Under the pieces are notes generated by a model. The model searched no databases, was not told the DNA's origin, and was given only the letters and a program-made list of their open reading frames with translations. Of a stretch of 64,000 nt of DNA, positions 55,105-64,000 are shown one piece after another. The stretch covers positions 69,874,001-69,938,000 of the forward strand of contig NC_042997.1 in assembly GCF_006345805.1 (NCBI RefSeq), in the 5' to 3' direction. The position numbers and the translations under genes were made by a program. This DNA comes from Octopus sinensis. Lineage: Eukaryota. Position 1 is the stretch's first letter. Every line of letters begins with the position of its first letter.

Positions 55105-55515
55105 TTTTATCTTTTTTCTTTTATCTTTTACTTGTTTCAGTCATCAGGCTGCGGTCATGCTGGTGCACTGTTTTGAAGAATTTTAGTTGAACGAGTGGAC
55201 CTCTGTACTTATTTTTATTTTAAGCCTGGTACTTATTCCAGCGGATATCTTTCTGCCAAACTGCAACGTTACGGGGACGTAAACACACCAACACCGCTTA
55301 TCAAGTGTGTTGGGGAACAAACATAGGCACACACACACACACATACACATACACACGCACACATTCATGTATTTATATACTCAGGTCGATGCAAACAAGG
55401 AAAACAGAGCTCAAAATATGAGTACATGTTTCATAAGTGCCAGCACACGAAACTCTCGGATCTTGAGTGATTCTGTTAATTCTGCTAAATAGTCAAGTTA
55501 CTGAAACAAGTAAAA

Positions 55516-55553
<38 letters not shown>

Positions 55554-55716
55554 GACAGAGTTCTTTCAGCTTCCGTCTTATAAATCCACTCACTAGACTT
55601 TGATCGTCCCGAGGCTATAGTAGAAGACACGTGTCTAAGATGCCACACAGTGGGATTGAACCCGGAACCATGTTGTTGGAAACGAACTTTTTACTACACA
55701 GCCACGCCTGCGCCTA
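55105..55716 (-). mobile_element. SINE family B pieces (3' part 55105-55330, 5' part 55552-55716)
   Basis: Homology to the other family B copies, interrupted by ~220 bp. Confidence 0.75.
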
Positions 55717-55956
55717 TCGATATTTTTTAAATTATGGATTTCAAACTACTTACTCTCTAACCATGTAAGTGTATTTGAACTGGTGATTTTGATGAAAATT
55801 TCCTATGAACACACACACACATACACACGTATACACACACCTAAATACACACGCGTACGCGCGCGCGCGCACACACACACACACATGCTCATACACACAT
55901 CAGTGAGTGAAATTCGATGAATCGAAACTGAAAAGGGGATCGAATGCATGCAAAGA

Positions 55957-55973
55957 ATCTATCTATCTATCTT

Positions 55974-56063
<90 letters not shown>

Positions 56064-56077
56064 CATCTATCTATTTT

Positions 56078-56145
<68 letters not shown>

Positions 56146-56161
56146 ACTATCTATCTATCTG

Positions 56162-56206
<45 letters not shown>

Positions 56207-56257
56207 ATCTATCTATCTATCTACCTACCTACCTACCTACCTACCTATTTATCTATC
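55957..56257. repeat. (ATCT)n tetranucleotide array
   Basis: Directly visible. Confidence 0.95.
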
Positions 56258-56346
56258 TGTCGGTCGAACGATCCTTCCTTCCTTCCTTCTCTCTCTCTCT
56301 CTCTCTCTCTTTCTCTTTCTCCCTCTGTATATATATATATGTATAT

Positions 56347-56582
56347 TCTTTGATTCTTTTACTTGTTTCAGTCATTTTGATTGTGGCCTTTTAGTCGGAG
56401 AAATCGACCCCTGGACTTATAAGCCTAAATCTTTGTAAGCCTAATACTTATTCTTTCGGTCTCTTTCGCCGAACCGCTAAGTTATGGGGAGGTAAACACA
56501 CTCACATCGGATGTCAGTCGATGGTAGAGGGACAAACACAGACACAAACACAAATATATATATATATATATAATATATATAT

Positions 56583-56613
<31 letters not shown>

Positions 56614-56770
56614 CGACAGGCTCCTTTCAGTTTCCGTCTACCAAATCCACTCACAAAGCTTTGGTCGGCCCGAGGCTATAGTAGAAGACACTTGCTGAAG
56701 GTGCCACGCAGTGGAACTGAACCCGAAACCATGTGATTGGGAAGCAAGTTTCTTCCCACACAGCCACGCC
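56347..56770 (-). mobile_element. SINE family B
   Basis: Near full-length reverse copy. Confidence 0.85.
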
Positions 56771-56801
56771 GTGTCTGGGACTCTGTCTCTTTAATTAGTT
56801 T

Positions 56802-56850
<49 letters not shown>

Positions 56851-58660
56851 ATGTATGTATGTATGTATGTATGTATGTATGTATGTATGTATATCTTACT
56901 AGCGTATATATAATAATCGGCGAATGTTGCTCATCGGACGCAGTCCTTTGAAACGTTTATTCCATGCCGAGTTTCAGACATTTCCTTGTCAACCTGGCCG
57001 TTAGATATGCAGCGAGCTAGTTAGGTGGTTAGCGGTGCAATCATTCATTGGCGGTAATAAAATAGACAAAACAAACAGATCTCAGTCAAATTCAAGAGTA
57101 TTAATTCCATACGTTCTCCCATAGCTAATTAAATAATCGAATAGTTAATTAATAATTAAACAACGTAATTTATTAGACTACCACCCAGACACTTTAATGA
57201 GCTGGTAGACCATCTAGTTCGTCTAGTTAGCAAATAAATGTTGAGGAAAACCCGTCAGATATACGTTATGTGAAACAGCCGATCTGGCCAGCAACTATAT
57301 AACCCTTCAAATTATACACACATCTAAATTGACTTAGAGTAATATCAGCCAACCAACCACACAGCCGAACAGCCAACCGGTGAAAGTAAGCCATTTAACA
57401 ACTGACTAGACAGGTCGTCCACCGGAGGACTTAGGAGAAGCGAGGCTTGCTAACGCAACACGACAGAACTTCCTCGAGCGTAAATGGAAAGATTAAGAAG
57501 CGTAGCCGAAGAGAAATTCGACCTTCAAGGCACCTGTTTTTTTTTTCGCCTGGCTCAAACTTTATCCATCCTATCCATTGCCTCATCGGTTTGTTTTTGG
57601 TTTACTAAACTTGATGTCCTCATCATTTTCTTGCCTCCAGAGATATATTAAACATGATGCATTTCTCATGCTAAACAATTCGGTGTTTACTTTATATTTT
57701 TCTTTCGTTTTCTTTAACATTTTTTTATGTTAGCAACAAATATCACTACAGCTGGCCAACAGGACATACGAGTGTTGACCGAAGGGTCCTCAGTTCGTAT
57801 CCCTTCTCCTCTACTCTAAAATGGTTGTTATTGTTGTTCAGTACCCAGGGAAGCTCTGCTCGAATAAACATACACACACACACACTCTCTCTCTCTCTCT
57901 TTCTTTCTTTCTCTCTTTCTCTCTTTCTCTCTCTCCCTCTCGCACACGCACACACATACACACATAAGCACACACATACATACAAACATGCATCCATGCG
58001 TACATACATGCATAAAAACATACATGCATACATACATGCACACACATGCATGCATAAAAACATAATGCATACATACACAGACATAAATATATAATCAAAA
58101 GCGTTCTATCCGTGACCAATCCGTCTTATTTTTGACATTGTGCATCCAATATGTCTTTCTATTTTAAGACAGCATGGTATTATTTGACTGCTACATCTAG
58201 TTAGCCGTGTGACTTCATTTAGTCTCCCTTAATGAATGAAACTATAGATAGACGGTAAAATAGCTGCTAAATTAATTAAAAGTATATCCACTGAGAAGAG
58301 AAACAATAACTATCTCAATAAGTAACTCTGACCAAGGAAATATGCTGCCTTTGTTAGGCATCTCACCACTTTAAGAAGCAACAGAAAGGAAATTCGAAGT
58401 AAGAGTGCAAACTGGTAGATAAATTCAGTGTGCCGTAAACATATACCCAATTAAGTTGCTCAGTCAAAAACCTCAGTTCTAAAGGCGATGTGAAATAATA
58501 CTCTGCAAGACGTTCATGCTTTTCTAAGGAGATTTGAGGTACTCAAATGGGCGAGGTAGAGATTCAAAACCAAATTGTAGTAGACTCGGCTTGTTAGTAG
58601 TTTGTCTCTAAATTCACGACGCTCTCAAACCTTTTCAAGTTAATATCATTTTCTTACTAA

Positions 58661-59010
58661 GGCGACAAGGAAGCAGAACCGTTAGCACACCGAGCAAAAT
58701 GCTTAGCGGCATTTCAAAGAATTGTATATTCTGAGTTCAAATTCTGCCGAGGTCGACTTTATCTTTCATCCTTTCGGGGTCGATGAAATAAGGACCAGTT
58801 GAACACGGGTCGATGTAATACTTCCCCCGAAATTGCTGGCCTTGTGCCAAAATTTGAAACTAGTATTATTTTCTTACTAAGGCGGCGAGCTAGCAGAATC
58901 GTCAGGACGCCGGGAAAAATGCTTAGTGGCATTTCATCCATTTTACCTTCTGAGTTCAAATTCCGCTGAGGTCGACTTTACCTGTCATTCTTGTGCTAAA
59001 AATTTGAAAT
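58661..59010 (+). mobile_element. Two tandem SINE family A copies
   Basis: Heads at 58661 and 58881, with a ~20-bp flank present three times. Confidence 0.85.
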
Positions 59011-61514
59011 TAATATTACTTTTTTACAAGGCATGATATTATTATTTTTTTTTAAGAAGAATATACCATCTATTGTATACTTTATTCGTGTGGTAGTTTA
59101 ACTAAATGTATTACTGGTACATATTTCATTGACGACAGAGGCATACAAAGAGAAGGCATGAAAGTGCATTTTTTTAATAGTTTAGCAAGAAATGGAAGAG
59201 TAAATCATTGACTGGTGTGATGATGGCAGAATTCCTTACTAGAGGGGCGAGTGGAACAGGAGATGATGTTAAACCGAGCAACAAAGAACGTCTAATACCC
59301 AAGAATTGGAGAAGACTGGAACAATTCAAAATGAAAAGTAAAATTCTTTAGTATTTTTTCTTTCTGGCGACTATCTCTGCCAACTTACGATACTGACATA
59401 GAATTGTTAATTTTAATTAAGCAGAAAATGACTGGGCATAGTAGACTGAACTGACTGTAGTATTGGCAATACACAATACAATACCTGAGATAAGACCGCA
59501 GTCATTTAGTTGTTTGCTGTTCTATCAAATAAATCGTGTTCACACAAACCATTTGAATTTTTTGTAATAATTTTGTCCGACAATCTTTGAATGCTGCTAT
59601 TCTATTCACTAACTTTCTTTGCCAGAGCAATATTAATAACTAACATTGAGCACAAGGCTCTCGAGAAAGGTTATAGTCGATTTGATCGAGCTCAGTAATT
59701 GACTAGTACATATATTATCGACCCTGGAGGGATAAAACGATATGTCAATCTCAGCTGAATTTAAAAACACCACAAAATACTAAAATGAAGTAGAACACAG
59801 AGAGGTAAGTAGTTAGTGGTGGGGAAGAAATGCAGCTAAAGTAGAAATTAAGAGCAAGTGAACGTATGTGAGAAAGTTAGGTTATAGATAGATAGATGAT
59901 AAAGAGATAGAGAGAGAGGGAGAGAGGGGGAGCTTATCGTATCAAAGAAGGGAATGAGGAAGTATTTAGATAGGACAAAAATGCGCTATATGAATGAAAG
60001 AGAAATAGAGATCAGAGAAATAGATTACAAACAAGAATGATTGGAAAGAAGAAAAGGTAACAAGAAATAAAAAATCGACAAAGCTAGCAAACTATGAGGA
60101 ATTCAGTGAAAAAAGAGCAAAGATTAAGAAGCAAAGAAAAAAAAAACCATTTAATAAAGTAACAAAACCAAAAGTACAGATTAAAGGCAGTAGATGCTTC
60201 AACAGGCAGGTTTACTTGAAGTTGGATAGAAAAGCACGGTTTAGTTCGGTTAATGGTATTGATAAATTGAACAGAGTATGTCAGATCTTTCCGAATCAGA
60301 AAACTCAAGTAGGGCGTTTTACTATCCGTAAAACCAAGACTGAGAAATCTGATGAGGAAAAAACTAGCTAAGAAATTCTTTCCTAGTTAGCCAGTTAGCT
60401 CGTCCATCTTATAACAAATTTCAACCACACTGACCAACGCTGTAGCGCTCACACATAAAACCATGCCAATATAAAGAAGCCGGCAATCAACAGGACATAT
60501 AAAAAGTTTTTATGCTCGATGTGCTGTGCAATTTTTATGCTGCGAAAGTCAGGCGTTCTGGTAGTAATTGGCATTTTTCGTAAAATTCTGACAGTGGTTA
60601 CTGTATCGGCATCATCTGTAGCATCATAACACAGCATAATATATAACATAACATCGCTATCAAATAGAGATATCGTTGAACACGTCATGTGCATACGTGC
60701 ATGTGAAGGTTTTTGAAAGTAAGTATATCTTTCCAGATGTCTCCCTATATGCGTAAGTGAGACAGTGTGGAGATGGAGCTGAGCGGGGGGAAGAACACTT
60801 GAAAACCTGCTTTTGGCTTTTACTTGAAATAGCTGAGATGTAAAAAGCTCTGCCTTAAGTACTTCTTAACATGACTGCAACGGGAATAATTCGTTTTCCT
60901 ACATTTTCATTGATCTTTACTCAACATCATCATACATACACTCAAATACACACACTAAGGCACGATGCACGCACCCCCCCACACACATTTACGTCTCTCT
61001 CAGTTTCTATATATATGTGTGTATGTGCAAGCATATATGTAAGAATATATTTCTAAACACACACACACAAAGGAAGAAAAATAGAGAGAGAGAGAGAACA
61101 AGGAAGTCGTACAAACATATTTTTCTTCCTTTTTAAGTGTTTGCCATCTATCTGCAGTCGGCGACCATAAGTACATACATAAAGATTTGTGTGCGTGTGT
61201 GTTTGTGTGCGTGTGTGTTTGTGTGCGTGTATATATGAGTGTCTGCGTGAGTACACACACATTCTGTCTCGCACACACAAACTTTCTCTATCCATCTCTC
61301 TCTCTCCCTCTCCCTCTCTATCTCTCACACACACATAGATATTTCCTTCTTTCTATTAATATATATTTACAAGCATCTACTTCTGCAACTACAAGAACAA
61401 AAATAACAATAAAAACAACGACGGCAACAACAACCACACCTAACATCACCACAACCATACGACGACGACGACGACGATGACGATGACGATGGCGATGGCG
61501 ATGACGATGACAAC

Positions 61515-61560
<46 letters not shown>

Positions 61561-61594
61561 TCGACGACGATGATTAATTTTCATCATCACAATA

Positions 61595-61780
61595 ATCCTT
61601 TCCGCTAGATACGAGGCCTGAAATTTTGGGAGAGGAAGCTAGTCAATTACTTCAACCCCAGTGCTCGATATTTATTTTATAGATCCCGAAACGATGAAAG
61701 GCAAAGTCAACCGCATTGGAATTTGAACTCAGAACGTAAAGATGGACGAAATGCCACTAAGCATTTTGTCCCGCGTGAAT
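61595..61780 (-). mobile_element. SINE family A
   Basis: GATGAAAGGCAAAGTCAACC...GGAATTTGAACTCAGAACG signature. Confidence 0.8.
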
Positions 61781-61978
61781 GATAATCATTCTTTCAAATT
61801 ATGACATGCCATCAATTCTGCCAGGAAAGGTTAGATGACACCATCTAGTCCCGTATTTAACTGGTACTTTTATTTCATTGGCTCCGGAGGAATGAAAGCA
61901 AGGTTGACATTATTTTTTTTTCTATCAAGCAATTTCCGATTCTCCATCAACATTTTTTTCATGTTTACCATTGATGTG

Positions 61979-62023
<45 letters not shown>

Positions 62024-62059
62024 TAGTAGTAGTAGTAGTTGTTGTTGTTGTTGTATGGG

Positions 62060-62420
62060 GGCGATGGCTATAATAGCGCGTCGCAGCATCCACTGTTTGT
62101 TGGTGATTCCTCACTCCTGGCGGATGACACCTCTGCACCACACAGGCGACAACCCATGGGCGTGGCTGGGTAGTCGTTGCTGCTGAGGTTTTTCAGACGT
62201 TGGAGTGCAAACCCTTTCCGGCCACTTTTAGTCGCCTTTTGCGACACGCAGAAGAAATGCTGGAGTTATTCTTTGGTATGCGGCCCCCTCCACATGCAAA
62301 ATACTTGAGCAATGTAAAATGTAGTGTTTTGCTCAACAACACAACACGGTGCCCGTTCCCGGAATAGAACCCACGATCTCGCGAACGTGAGTGCCACTCT
62401 CTCACAACTAGAGTATCTAC
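62060..62420 (-). mobile_element. tRNA-headed SINE-like element of a third family
   Basis: Minus strand B-box-like GGGTTCTATTCC, CORE-like TTGAGCAAAACACT and hairpin GTCGCAAAAGGCGAC. Confidence 0.45.
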
Positions 62421-64000
62421 CTTCACCTGATGTAGGAAACTCTTAATTCTACATAACGTATGCGGTCATCACCGATTTTCGACAAAATTTATTTTTTTCC
62501 TACTATTCCAAAGTTAACACCAGAAGCATTCTACGAGTTATTCACCTTAACGAAAGCATATATATTTCTTTAAAATAGAAGGAATCAATTAGATCAAGGG
62601 AGATTAACAGCAAAGCAACCCTGCGCATCTTGGTTAAACAGTTTATTCCAAAAATCCAATACAAAGTTGAAACGGTAGTTCATTGGTCTCGCGTATCCTG
62701 CAAATCCATGTATACATCAAAGGAATAATTGGTACATTTCGCATTGTATAATTTATAGTATATAAGAATAAGACAGATATCCACGTGCTTTCATAGCAAC
62801 TTATTTAGTATAAATTTATTCTGAATAAATTGTATTTATAGTAATACCCTGTAACACCCATTCATTTTATTCCTTTTTACTTTTTACTATTTTTAAATAC
62901 ACACACGCACACACACACTAAGTATCTGTAAACATGTGAATATATGGGGCCGGAACGAGTGATTTGTATGGCATCCATAATAGCCTCGTTATTTTACTGA
63001 CATTGCTTTGCAAATATGAATATATTGCGCTACATTTTTCTATTGAAAGATTTGTATGTATTTCAGACATTTTTGATATTATTCAACAAAAGTGAATAAT
63101 CTCTAATTTGCAGCACACATATTGCATATCATAATATCGTTTATACAAACCATCACAAAACGCATATTTTATTATCAAGGTATTGGTTCAACAAAGCGTC
63201 ACAACACATTATATGACCACACATAGTAAATACAAAACAACCTTCCAAATTAAATTTAAAGGTAGCGTAAGACAAATGAAGAAATCCAATAAATCATAAC
63301 ATATTTCAGACAATACTAGAAATGTAGTAGGAGATATATGAGCATGATTCTGGCCATGTGCTTAACTCGGATGGTTCGTCGGTGAAGTATGCTGAATATC
63401 ATGTGAACTCAGTTGTGTTTAAGCAATAAATAGTTAGAAGAATGTGACAGTGTAGGCATGTTGCTTTTGTTCACCGACCAGTCTATATATGTCTGTAATT
63501 GCTATTATGAAGACTGAAGAACATGTGAAAGGCCAGTAGACAGTCGATCAAAAAGCTCAATTCACGATGTACTGTTACAGAAAAGGCGGGTAAAGTTGAC
63601 TTGGTTGGCGCATGACAGTTATTAATGTGCATTTGTCACTGATAATGTGCACCGTAATGCAATGCTTGTAGGTTTAATGTGGTTATTGATATTGCTATCT
63701 AGTTTGTATTTGGGAGCATTCTATGCATGTCTAAAGTGGGTAGAAAAAAAATGACATCTGAGGGTTTCTGAGTGTTTAGCAGTGAAAGTTGGAGCTTGAG
63801 GCAGAAACTACTCATATCTATAATGCATTAAAAGTCAGCTTGAATTTTGCTTCCTTGCTTACTTGCAATGTTACCCAGCCAAACTGGCGCATAATAGAAA
63901 AATACTATGAATTAAGTTTCCTCCCAAATATAAATACGAACGGAATAAAACAAATTTCACGTAAATCGGACAGGTGGTTGCGGAGATATTAGGGGTTTTC

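Noticed and set aside
63514-63546. CTGAAGA-ACATGT-GAAA...GTA hammerhead-like string
   Set aside because: Stem II too short, and stems I and III do not pair. Likely chance.

Overview
AT-rich, microsatellite-saturated animal DNA. The SINE repertoire points to an octopus (inference from recalled repeat families). I found no supportable host protein-coding gene, and most listed ORFs are simple-repeat translations. The window holds decayed mobile DNA: many tRNA-derived SINEs of two families, two 5'-truncated R4/Dong-type LINEs plus older relics, Tx1/L1-like and CR1-like LINE fragments, a Penelope-like GIY-YIG fragment, a Helitron RepHel relic, a short non-autonomous Helitron and four Tc1/mariner relics. 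There is also an orphan rDNA piece (5' part of 5.8S plus a probable ITS1). The most notable signal is a set of short non-coding elements, mostly within or beside (TA)n tracts, that carry hammerhead-ribozyme cores and often form fold-back palindromes. The clearest case is a 532-bp spacer-less palindrome (51959-52490) with one hammerhead per arm. Three further loci show a circularly permuted GAAA...CUGAUGA core. All calls were made by eye, so element ends are approximate unless stated.
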